DNA from: Campylobacteraceae bacterium | GTDB taxonomy: Bacteria > Campylobacterota > Campylobacteria > Campylobacterales > Sulfurovaceae | Direction of reading: 5' to 3' | DNA length: 46,259 nt | Assembly: GCA_027055805.1 (NCBI GenBank) | Contig: JALUMR010000022.1 | Coordinates: 1-46,259 of the forward strand | Shown: in pieces, positions 1 through 8,569 of the stretch | Position numbering within the stretch: the first letter of the stretch is position 1 | How the letters are laid out: each line of letters opens with the position of its first letter | Notes under the pieces: generated by a model | Database searches by the model: none | What the model was told of the DNA's origin: nothing | The model's input: only the letters and a program-made list of their open reading frames with translations | Made by a program: the position numbers and the translations under genes

Positions 1-504
1 CGTGTTGAGGGTTTGGCTTTTATGCCAGGGATTGGGTTTACCATCGCAGCCATGGCGTTAATGGGGCAAGGTTTAGGAGCTAAAAAGCCTGAACAGTCAC
101 GTGAAGATGTTATGCTGGTCATGAAGTACGCCATAGGGCTTATGTTTTTTCTTTCATTCTTTATGATATTTACTCCTGAGTTTATAGTTCAGTTTTTTAC
201 TACTGATGCTCAAACCATAAAAGAGGCATCTCTATATTTAAAAATAGTAGGTTTATCTCAAATACCACTGGCTATTAGTTTTGTTCTTGCAGGGGCATTG
301 CGTGGGGCAGGTGACAGTAAACGAACTTTGAAAATTAGTTTAACCTCTTTATGGTTGGTACGGATTATTCCTGCTTTTGTATTGACCTGGTATTTTGAAG
401 ATATTATTTGGGTCTATATCGCAATGATTTCAGATACTTTTGTAAAAGCTTTTTTTATGTGGAGAGCATTTAACAAAGGTGAGTGGAAAAGAATAAAAGT
501 TTGA
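1..504 (+). CDS. MATE family efflux transporter, C-terminal part (5'-truncated by window edge)
   Basis: Frame is open from base 1 (RVEGLAFMPG...). Hydrophobic protein with MATE motifs GQGLGAK and GALRGAGD. Confidence 0.85.
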   Translation, partial: RVEGLAFMPGIGFTIAAMALMGQGLGAKKPEQSREDVMLVMKYAIGLMFFLSFFMIFTPEFIVQFFTTDAQTIKEASLYLKIVGLSQIPLAISFVLAGALRGAGDSKRTLKISLTSLWLVRIIPAFVLTWYFEDIIWVYIAMISDTFVKAFFMWRAFNKGEWKRIKV

Positions 505-591
505 TTTATGTTATAAAATAAGAGGGTGATTATTGTTTATAACTTTATTTTAGATATTATAATAATAGTTTAATTTAATGTTAATAGGAGA

Positions 592-858
592 GTGAATATG
601 CCTGAAGATAAAAAGAGTTTAATTATTAAAGCTGTATTGGAAACAATGGATAATATAAAGTACGAAGATAGAGAGATTTTAAGTGCCAGATTAAAAGGTG
701 CTATTAAATCTTTAAATAAAATCAATAGTAACAGTATGGTTAATTCGCTATTAGCAAACTTTAGGAGTCAAATAGCTGCTGTGCCTAAAGATGAATTTGA
801 TTTTGCATTAAATTTCAATAAAGATTTAATATACGCCTCTTTAGCCATTAAAAGTTAG
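592..858 (+). CDS. Small hypothetical protein (88 aa)
   Basis: AGGAGA RBS before GTG. The 3' end overlaps the convergent kinase gene by 18 bp. No recognisable motif. Confidence 0.55.
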   Translation: MNMPEDKKSLIIKAVLETMDNIKYEDREILSARLKGAIKSLNKINSNSMVNSLLANFRSQIAAVPKDEFDFALNFNKDLIYASLAIKS

Positions 859-1983
859 TCTAAACGTACTACCTTTTTTCAGTTCTGATTGAAGCTCTAT
901 TTTAATATTATTGTTACGACAGATACCCATGACGATGTCTAATCCAATACCAAAACCACCAGCTTCTTGTTTTTGAAGACGTTTATATCGTTTAAAAATC
1001 TTTTTTTGGTCTTTTTTAGCAATCCCCATACCTTCATCTTGAATGGTGAAAATATTAGAGTTGAGTGATACTTTTATGCTTTTGTCTCGGTATGAATATT
1101 TTATGGCATTGGTTATGAGATTGTTAATAAGTTTTTTTATACTGTTTTTATCCATATTTACTGTATGTTTATGAAGTGTTGCTTCTATAATAATATTTTT
1201 ACTTCCAGCAATCTCTTTGAAATAGTCTACTGACTCTTGAATAAGTTCTGCTAAGTCAAACTCCTCTTTATTTTCAATATCAAGGTCATGAAAAGCCAGA
1301 TAGGAGATAGAGTTGTATATTTCTGAAATCATTTTAGAACTCATAAGCATATGTTCCACTACTTCTGGGTCATAGGTTTTTTTTAGGTAGTTTGCAGACA
1401 TCATCAGTGCCGTAACAGGAGTGTTCAGTTCATGTGCTGAATCTTTTACAAAACGGTTAAGTATGGAAAAATTCTCTTTTACAGGTTTGAGTAGGAGTCT
1501 ACTTAATAAATAACCAATTAAAGCAACAAATATAGAGGCGATAAATAGCATGGTCCATATGAGTGACTCTAGTTCTAGCATCTTTCCTGAAACTTTAGAA
1601 TCTTCAATGACTACATATTTAATATTATCTGTTGGTTTAATAAATGAACTTACAAAAAAAGCAGAAGATTTTTGCGTATAATTGGTCTGGTCAAAGTCTA
1701 TCTCCTTTGTTGTTAAGTTAGAAACGATGGCTTTAAAGTTTTTATCATAAAGTCCAATTCTAAGACGTTCTATATCATCAAAAAGAGAGTTAATCTCTTT
1801 GTGCTTAAGAATATCCATCTTAATCTGCATCGCCATATTTTCCATACTCACACCACAATATCGGTCAATGGTGGCCAATTTCTCTTTATAATAGAGAAAA
1901 CCAATAGTACCTAGCATTAAAATAGATGAACTTACATAGATGAGTAAAAAACCAATTAAGGCTCTGCGTTCATTATGATACAA
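841..1983 (-). CDS. Sensor histidine kinase (2 TM, HisKA, HATPase)
   Basis: H-box AHELNTP, N-box NLITNAIKY, G-boxes DEGMGI and GFGIGL. Confidence 0.93.
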   Translation of the reverse strand: MYHNERRALIGFLLIYVSSSILMLGTIGFLYYKEKLATIDRYCGVSMENMAMQIKMDILKHKEINSLFDDIERLRIGLYDKNFKAIVSNLTTKEIDFDQTNYTQKSSAFFVSSFIKPTDNIKYVVIEDSKVSGKMLELESLIWTMLFIASIFVALIGYLLSRLLLKPVKENFSILNRFVKDSAHELNTPVTALMMSANYLKKTYDPEVVEHMLMSSKMISEIYNSISYLAFHDLDIENKEEFDLAELIQESVDYFKEIAGSKNIIIEATLHKHTVNMDKNSIKKLINNLITNAIKYSYRDKSIKVSLNSNIFTIQDEGMGIAKKDQKKIFKRYKRLQKQEAGGFGIGLDIVMGICRNNNIKIELQSELKKGSTFRLTFNG

Positions 1984-2629
1984 GACGGTACCCCATGCCT
2001 CTTATGGTTTCAATGGTTGTTTTACCAATTAATGCACGTAAATTTCTTATGTAGACACGTAAAGTAGCATCACTTGGCATATTGTCAAATGACCATAGAT
2101 TTTGTGTAAGCTCCTCTTTTGAGACAGTTCTATTGCGATTGATAGCAAGATAGTTTAGAAATTCGCTCTCTTTTTTTGCAATTGAAAATGTCTCTCCATT
2201 TTTAGTGATTTTATGGTTTAGAGCATCAAAAAAAGTATCTTTTGCAATCTGTATGGCTTGATTTTGTTCGATGTTAAAAGTACGAGAGATATTGACAATA
2301 CGCATGTCAAGTTCATCCAGTTCAAAGGGTTTTTTAATGTAGTCATTACAACCATTTGTAAAGGCTGTTTTTAGATGAATGGTGTCTTGATAAGCTGTTA
2401 TCATAATAATAGGCGTAGTGTTATTATAGGAACGTAACTCTTTAATAAGCTCAAGTCCTGAAATACCAGGAACATTAGAGTCTAAAATAAGTAAATCAAA
2501 TTTTTTATTTTCTATGGTTTCTAAAGCTGAATTCCCATCATAAACAGCAGTGACTGTATGGTTTTGGATTAAGTGCTTTGTTAATATTTTTGAGAGTAGT
2601 GGGTCATCTTCGAGTAATAAAATATTCAT
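1973..2629 (-). CDS. OmpR-family response regulator
   Basis: Receiver motifs LLEDD, LILD and KPF; winged-helix end LRVYIRNLR...IRGMGY. Confidence 0.94.
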   Translation of the reverse strand: MNILLLEDDPLLSKILTKHLIQNHTVTAVYDGNSALETIENKKFDLLILDSNVPGISGLELIKELRSYNNTTPIIMITAYQDTIHLKTAFTNGCNDYIKKPFELDELDMRIVNISRTFNIEQNQAIQIAKDTFFDALNHKITKNGETFSIAKKESEFLNYLAINRNRTVSKEELTQNLWSFDNMPSDATLRVYIRNLRALIGKTTIETIRGMGYRLVS

Positions 2630-2662
2630 ACGTACTCTCTCTTTTCTTAAATTTCAAATTTC

Positions 2663-2697
2663 ATTATATAAAAATTATGTTTAGATGTTGTGTAGAT
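2663..2697 (-). promoter_or_regulatory. Promoter of the TCS operon: -10 TATAAT plus an 11-bp-period direct repeat (putative autoregulatory OmpR-type box)
   Basis: Minus strand reads ATCTACACA-ac-ATCTAAACA-N9-TATAAT. The geometry matches the boxes at 41901-41935 and 44582-44616. Confidence 0.55.
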
Positions 2698-2922
2698 AAA
2701 TTATTTTTTATAGTTTAGAATAATAATATTTATTTGTTTTAGAATAGTTTATTCATAACTACTGTAACACTTAGTTACAAAGCTTTTTTATCCTTTTAAG
2801 ACACGATGATTACACAATTGGTTTAATGAATTTTTGGTACTATAAATGTACTATTCTTCCGTATGCCTCACAATTGGTGTGATATGGTAATATAGAATAA
2901 CATCTTTTACAAAGGAGTTCTA

Positions 2923-3312
2923 ATGACTCATGTGATTAATAATCACCCTTATTTAGGTATTTTTTTCTTATTCATCGTGACAGTTGTTGCTTTTAATGCA
3001 ACCCTTATAGCTGCACGGTTTGTAAGTAGAAAAATGGCAAAACTTGACACAGAGAAGTTAAAGTTAACCATCTATGAGTGTGGACCAGAGGTTACAAAGC
3101 AACCCAATACAATTTCGACGCAATTTTATTTAATAGCTCTTTTATTTATTCTTTTTGATGTAGAGATTATCTTTATGTTTCCTTGGGCAATTGACTTTAA
3201 ACTACTTGGTTGGTTTGGATTTGCAGAGATGGTTCTGTTTATCGTACTTTTAACAATCGGATTTATATATGCATGGAAAAAAGGAGCACTTGAATGGCAC
3301 AGCATCAAGTAA
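2923..3312 (+). CDS. nuoA: NADH-quinone oxidoreductase subunit A
   Basis: YECG and FILFDVE motifs, WKKGALEW end, AAGGAG RBS. Confidence 0.96.
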   Translation: MTHVINNHPYLGIFFLFIVTVVAFNATLIAARFVSRKMAKLDTEKLKLTIYECGPEVTKQPNTISTQFYLIALLFILFDVEIIFMFPWAIDFKLLGWFGFAEMVLFIVLLTIGFIYAWKKGALEWHSIK

Positions 3313-3812
3313 ATTATGCCTCAACAGGAGGCTTACCTGTAGCACTAACTACAGTAGATCATTTAGTAAACTGGGGACGAAGTAACTCACTTTGGCCTTT
3401 AACCTACGGACTCGCATGTTGTGCGATTGAGATGATGGCATCTGGTGCATCACGTTATGACTTTGATAGAATGGGAACCATTTTTAGAGCCTCTCCACGT
3501 CAGTCAGATGTGATGATACTCGCAGGAACACTCTCTAAAAAACACTCAGAGTTTGCTAGAAGACTCTACGACCAGATGACAGAACCTAAGTGGGTTATCT
3601 CTATGGGATCATGTGCGAATACGGGTGGTATGTTTAATACATACGCAACCGTGCAAGGTGTAGACAGAATTATTCCTGTAGATATCTACCTTCCTGGTTG
3701 TGCACCTCGTCCTGAGACACTTCAGTATGCATTGATGATGCTTCAGAAAAAAATCAGAAGAGAGTCTGCCAACATGAAGAATAACAAAAAACAAGATTTG
3801 AGGTTAATATAA
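3294..3812 (+). CDS. nuoB: NADH-quinone oxidoreductase subunit B
   Basis: [15 protein letters not shown] and PGCAPRPE. Confidence 0.97.
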   Translation: MAQHQVNYASTGGLPVALTTVDHLVNWGRSNSLWPLTYGLACCAIEMMASGASRYDFDRMGTIFRASPRQSDVMILAGTLSKKHSEFARRLYDQMTEPKWVISMGSCANTGGMFNTYATVQGVDRIIPVDIYLPGCAPRPETLQYALMMLQKKIRRESANMKNNKKQDLRLI

Positions 3813-3813
3813 T

Positions 3814-4608
3814 ATGAGAAAATATACCCCCAAAGACAATGTGCAAGGTAAAGCGTACTACACTGACCGTTTTCATGTTGTGCCATCGGTACCAACATTT
3901 GATGTAGCAACTGATGAAGTGTTTGCAAAGCAGTTAGCTACATTGGAAGCTAAGGTAACGATTAAGTCAGCAAAAATCATGTTGGGTCAGATGATTGTTG
4001 AGATTAATCATGAAGATAACTTCAAAGCCATAGAGACACTTAAAAGCGAATGTGACTATGCCATTCTTTCGGAAATGTCAGCTGTTGATTATTTGGCAAA
4101 AGATGGAAATTTTGAAGTTTTTTATCAGTTACACAATTTAAAAGATGTTAAAAGAATGCGTTTAGTAATGAGAATAGAGCAAGGACTTGCAGTAGAATCT
4201 GTAGTTCCTCTTTATAAGTCTGCAAACTTTGCAGAGCGTGAGATGTTTGATATGTTTGGTATTGTTTCAAACAACCATCCATTTATGAAAAGAATTCTTA
4301 TGCCTGATGACTGGGAAGGGAATCCTCTTCTTAAAACCTATCCATTACATGGTGATGAGTTTGCTTCATGGTATGAAGTAGATAAGATTTTTGGAAAAGA
4401 TGCACGTGAGGCAATTGGACCAGAGATTAGAGACCAAGCACAGATTGATAGATATGATACAAAACGTTTCTCAAGAGTTGGATATGAAGTACCATTTGGA
4501 GCTGATATATCTGAAGGTGAGACAGAGACTCCTATTGAGTACTCTAAAACCTTCCTTGTTGATTACCAAAAAGCAGATGGTTCTAAACCAGCTGAACATA
4601 GAAAGTAG
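3814..4608 (+). CDS. nuoC: NADH-quinone oxidoreductase subunit C
   Basis: [10 protein letters not shown] and [15 protein letters not shown]. Confidence 0.95.
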   Translation: MRKYTPKDNVQGKAYYTDRFHVVPSVPTFDVATDEVFAKQLATLEAKVTIKSAKIMLGQMIVEINHEDNFKAIETLKSECDYAILSEMSAVDYLAKDGNFEVFYQLHNLKDVKRMRLVMRIEQGLAVESVVPLYKSANFAEREMFDMFGIVSNNHPFMKRILMPDDWEGNPLLKTYPLHGDEFASWYEVDKIFGKDAREAIGPEIRDQAQIDRYDTKRFSRVGYEVPFGADISEGETETPIEYSKTFLVDYQKADGSKPAEHRK

Positions 4609-4619
4609 AGGGAGAAAAT

Positions 4620-5849
4620 ATGCAACAACCAAATAAACTATCCCCATTTTTTGAAAACCTCAATTTTGAGCGTGATGACAATACCATGGTTATTAACTTT
4701 GGTCCACAGCACCCCTCGGCTCACGGTCAGTTAAGACTTGTGTTAGAGCTAGACGGTGAGCAAGTTGTTAAAGCGTATCCAGATATTGGTTACCTTCACC
4801 GTGGTATTGAAAAAATGGCTGAGAACATGACTTACAATGAGTTTTTACCAACAACAGACAGACTTGACTATATTGCGTCTACCTCTAACAACTACGCTTA
4901 TGCTTTAGCTGTTGAAAAACTTCTTGGTATTGAAGCACCTAGACGAGCTCAAGTTATTAGAACCATGCTTTTAGAGCTTAACCGAATTATCTCTCACCTC
5001 TTTTTTGTGGCAACACATGCACTAGATGTTGGGGCAATGTCCGTTTTCCTTTATGCTTTCCGTGAACGTGAATTTGCTATGGACTTAATGGAAGATTACT
5101 GTGGTGCAAGATTGACACACTCATCTGTTAGAATTGGTGGTGTTCCATTAGATATTCCATCTGATTGGATGGTTAACATGAGAAAGTTCTGTGACACTGT
5201 TGATTATGAGTTGGAACATACTTATAATGCACTTTTACAAGAGAACAGAATCTGGAAAATGCGTCTTGAAGATGTAGGTGTATTGACTCCTGAAGATGCT
5301 ATGTCTTGGGGTTGTTCAGGTCCTATGCTTAGAGGTTCTGGTATCGCTTACGATATTAGAAAAGAGGAGCCATATGAGCTTTATTCTGAGTTAGATTTTG
5401 ACATTCCAGTAGCAGAGACCAATGACTCTTATGGTCGTTATAGACTCTATATGGCAGAGATGAAACAGTCTACTCGAATGATTAGACAGTTGATTGGAAT
5501 GTATGATGAAACAGAACCACAGTTAATGGCACATGCACCACAGTACATTTCTGCTCCTAAAGAGGAGATAATGACACAAAACTATGCATTGATGCAACAC
5601 TTTGTGCTTGTGACCCAAGGGATGAGACCACCAAAAGGTGAAGTTTATGTTCCAACAGAGTCTCCAAAAGGTGAGCTTGGATTCTACATTAAGTCAGAAG
5701 GTGAGCCGTATGCTTACAGACTTAAATGTAGAGCTCCATCGTTCTTCCATACAGGTTTACTACAAGAGATTTTAGTCGGTACTTACATAGCAGATGTTGT
5801 TACAATTATTGGTTCTACCAATATTGTATTCGGTGAAGTTGATAGATAG
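4620..5849 (+). CDS. nuoD: NADH-quinone oxidoreductase subunit D
   Basis: [26 protein letters not shown] and FGEVDR end. Confidence 0.97.
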   Translation: MQQPNKLSPFFENLNFERDDNTMVINFGPQHPSAHGQLRLVLELDGEQVVKAYPDIGYLHRGIEKMAENMTYNEFLPTTDRLDYIASTSNNYAYALAVEKLLGIEAPRRAQVIRTMLLELNRIISHLFFVATHALDVGAMSVFLYAFREREFAMDLMEDYCGARLTHSSVRIGGVPLDIPSDWMVNMRKFCDTVDYELEHTYNALLQENRIWKMRLEDVGVLTPEDAMSWGCSGPMLRGSGIAYDIRKEEPYELYSELDFDIPVAETNDSYGRYRLYMAEMKQSTRMIRQLIGMYDETEPQLMAHAPQYISAPKEEIMTQNYALMQHFVLVTQGMRPPKGEVYVPTESPKGELGFYIKSEGEPYAYRLKCRAPSFFHTGLLQEILVGTYIADVVTIIGSTNIVFGEVDR

Positions 5850-5864
5850 GAATAGGAGAAAAAT

Positions 5865-6560
5865 ATGCAAAGATATGACTTAAGACATTTACATGATGAC
5901 TTCTATGACAGAATGGGTGAACTACTGGTTGGTGGGCTCAAAGTTAACGAAGTAGGAATTTTTCTTTTTGAAGTTGGAGATTACTCTTCTATTCAAAAAT
6001 CGGCTGATTTTATTAAAGAGAGTGGTCATGAACTTATGAACTCTGTTAAGTTCAATGAAGTAGATTGGACAATCGTAGTTAAGAAGCTTGATGAAAAAAC
6101 CATTGCTGATAAAAAAGAGGCTGCTGCTAAAGCTGCTGCTCTTGCAGAAGAGAAGCGAATAGAAGCAGAAAAGATAGCTGCCGAAAAAGCAGAGGCTAAA
6201 GCCAAAGCAGATGCAGAAAAAGCTAAAGCAGAAGCCGAAAAAGCTGCTGCCGAAGCGAAAGCTAAAGAGGAAGCCGAAAAAGCTGCTGCCGAAGCGAAAG
6301 CTAAAGAGGAAGCCGAAAAAGCTGCTGCCGAAGCGAAAGCTAAAGAGGAAGCCGAAAAAGCTGCTGCCGAAGCGAAAGCTAAAGAGGAAGCTGAAAAAGC
6401 TGCTGCTGAAGCGAAAGCTAAAGAAGAACCAGTAAAAAAAGAACAAGCTAAAAAAGCTCCTGCAAAGAAAGCTCCAGTTAAAAAAGCTCCAACTAAGAAA
6501 GCACCTGCCAAAAAGGCACCTGCTAAAAAATCTACAGCTAGTAAGCCAAAGGCTAAATAA
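5865..6560 (+). CDS. Campylobacterota-type small NuoE-like subunit (Cj1575c-like) with a long Ala/Glu/Lys repeat and KKAPA tail
   Basis: The N-terminal ~75 aa (MQRYDLRHL...FLFEVGD...NSVKFNEVDWTIV) resemble the epsilon NuoE replacement, and the gene follows nuoD. No Cys for a 2Fe-2S cluster. Confidence 0.82.
   Translation: MQRYDLRHLHDDFYDRMGELLVGGLKVNEVGIFLFEVGDYSSIQKSADFIKESGHELMNSVKFNEVDWTIVVKKLDEKTIADKKEAAAKAAALAEEKRIEAEKIAAEKAEAKAKADAEKAKAEAEKAAAEAKAKEEAEKAAAEAKAKEEAEKAAAEAKAKEEAEKAAAEAKAKEEAEKAAAEAKAKEEPVKKEQAKKAPAKKAPVKKAPTKKAPAKKAPAKKSTASKPKAK
6231..6425 (+). repeat. 39-bp tandem repeat x5 encoding (EAEKAAAEAKAKE)5
   Basis: Unit gaagccgaaaaagctgctgccgaagcgaaagctaaagag; four identical copies and a fifth with 3 synonymous changes. 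Confidence 0.95.
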
Positions 6561-8569
6561 TGGCAAAGCTACTGTTCTCTACTTGGAGGGATGAGTTTAT
6601 CGACAACCGTGGTAAGCCATCTGAGGAGTGGGGTGAGTCTGGGTTCAAACTTCCTGAAACTTATCATGGAGAGAGAGAATCAAAAGCATTTATTGGTTGG
6701 GATGGTGTTGCCATTTTCGACGAAGATATAGATGCTGTAGTTCTAGCAACTCAATATGCTGCTCAGTACCAAGAGTACTCTGAAGCCTGTGGTCGTTGTG
6801 CTCCTGGTCGTTGGGGAGGAAGAATTCTTTACGACTTACTTGACAAAATAGCACGAGGTGAAGGCTCACATGATGATGTGGCTCACCTAAAAGAGATTTC
6901 ACAAACGATGATGGTAACATCTAAGTGTGAGATTGGGCGTACAGTTCCTAAACCTATTTTAGATTTAATGGAACATTATAAAGAGCAGTTTGATACCTGT
7001 ATTGATGCACAAATTAAGTCTATACATTATGCTGGTGATATTTCATATATTGCTAAAGTAACCGCACCATGTACTGATATGTGTCCTGCTCATGTTGACA
7101 TTCCTGCCTATATTGAGGGTGTAAGAGATATGGTCTTTACCGATTCTCTTGCCGCAACACGTCAAACCATGCCATTGGCACATACGTGTGGGCGTGTTTG
7201 TCCTCACCCTTGTGAAGATGCTTGTAGACGTATGAACCTTGATGAGCCTATCTCTATTATGGAGCTTAAGCGTTTAGGTGCTGACTATGAGACTGACCAT
7301 GAGATACCTTGGTTACACCCTGTTGAGCCAAAACCTTTACGTAACGATGGTAAAAAAGTAGCCATTATTGGAGCTGGTCCTGCTGGTCTTACGGCTGCAT
7401 ACTACTTGGCTTTAGAGGGAATTGCTTGTCATATTTTTGAAGAGTTACCTGTTAATGGTGGTGAAGTTGCTGTGGGTGTTCCAGAGTACCGAATGCCTGT
7501 TGATAAGTACAACAAAGATATAGATTTGGTTCTTGAAATGGAAGCTGTCTCTATTACTAATAATTGTCGTGTTGATGCAGAGAAACTCAAAGAGATTCAT
7601 GAAGAGTATGATGCAACGCTTCTTGGTTTTGGGGCAAGACTTTCTAAAAAAGTTCGTGCAACCAATGAGAATCCAGATATGCATGGTTACTGGGGTGCGA
7701 TAGAGATGCTTGACAAGGTTAACTTGTGGCATAAATATGGTATTGGTTCTCCTGCTTCAAACGAACTTGAAGGTAAAACAGTAGTTTGTGTTGGTGGTGG
7801 ATTTACTTCAATGGATGTTGTTCGTTGTTCTATTCGTGAGGGTGCTAAAAAAGTCATTATGCTTTACCGTCGTGATGAGAAGACCATTATAAGAAACACC
7901 ACTTATGAAGAGTATCATGAAGCTGTTGAAGAGGGTGTTGAGTTTATTTTTCATTCATCTATTGAAGAGATTTATGATGATGGAGAGAAACTTACCAAAC
8001 TAAAAGTTAACAAGTTTGATTTAGTTCCTGACCCTAATGGTGGACGTGCTAAATTGGTTAAGCAAGAAGATGGTGATTTCGATATTGAGATTGACTATTT
8101 GATTCCTGCTGTTTCTCAGTCTCTTGATTTACAGATTCTACCTGATGAGTGGAATATTGAGATGACATCTTGGAACTCTATTTTGACCAATGGTAAAGAT
8201 TATATGACCTCAAAAGAGGGACTTTTTGCTGCTGGTGATTGTGAGTACGGACCAATGACCATTGTTAATGCTGTTGGACAAGCACGTCGTGCAGCGTCGG
8301 TTATTAGTCGTTATATCTACTCTGGTGAACGTACACTACTTGATGATGAAATTATGGAAGACCACCTATCAAGACTTAGAGTGTACGATAAGAAAGAGAA
8401 AGTTACTGGTTGGATGCCTGGAATACCTAGAGTTGAGAGTGAAAAACTGGGTGTTGACGAGCGTAAGACCAATAACAAAGAGGTGAATCTTGGGTTTACT
8501 GGTGAAGAGGCGATATCTGAGGCAGAGCGTTGTATGCGATGTTACTACATATCGATGGTGGCTGTATGA
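6560..8569 (+). CDS. FAD/Fe-S NAD(P)H oxidoreductase (GltD/SfrB-like) with an N-terminal NuoF-type 4Fe-4S domain, in the nuoF position
   Basis: CGRCAPG...KCEIG, CPAHVDIP, CGRVCPHPCE..CRR, GAGPAG (FAD), GGGFTSMD plus YRR (NADPH-type site), FAAGD, EAERCMRC. Confidence 0.88.
   Translation: MAKLLFSTWRDEFIDNRGKPSEEWGESGFKLPETYHGERESKAFIGWDGVAIFDEDIDAVVLATQYAAQYQEYSEACGRCAPGRWGGRILYDLLDKIARGEGSHDDVAHLKEISQTMMVTSKCEIGRTVPKPILDLMEHYKEQFDTCIDAQIKSIHYAGDISYIAKVTAPCTDMCPAHVDIPAYIEGVRDMVFTDSLAATRQTMPLAHTCGRVCPHPCEDACRRMNLDEPISIMELKRLGADYETDHEIPWLHPVEPKPLRNDGKKVAIIGAGPAGLTAAYYLALEGIACHIFEELPVNGGEVAVGVPEYRMPVDKYNKDIDLVLEMEAVSITNNCRVDAEKLKEIHEEYDATLLGFGARLSKKVRATNENPDMHGYWGAIEMLDKVNLWHKYGIGSPASNELEGKTVVCVGGGFTSMDVVRCSIREGAKKVIMLYRRDEKTIIRNTTYEEYHEAVEEGVEFIFHSSIEEIYDDGEKLTKLKVNKFDLVPDPNGGRAKLVKQEDGDFDIEIDYLIPAVSQSLDLQILPDEWNIEMTSWNSILTNGKDYMTSKEGLFAAGDCEYGPMTIVNAVGQARRAASVISRYIYSGERTLLDDEIMEDHLSRLRVYDKKEKVTGWMPGIPRVESEKLGVDERKTNNKEVNLGFTGEEAISEAERCMRCYYISMVAV

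Noticed and set aside
6231-6425. Possible CRISPR array
   Set aside because: The repeats are contiguous with no spacers, are in frame within a CDS, and no cas genes are present.
5922-6566. Long antisense and alternate-frame ORFs (214, 161 and 74 aa) over the NuoE-like gene
   Set aside because: They are by-products of the stop-free low-complexity 39-bp repeat.
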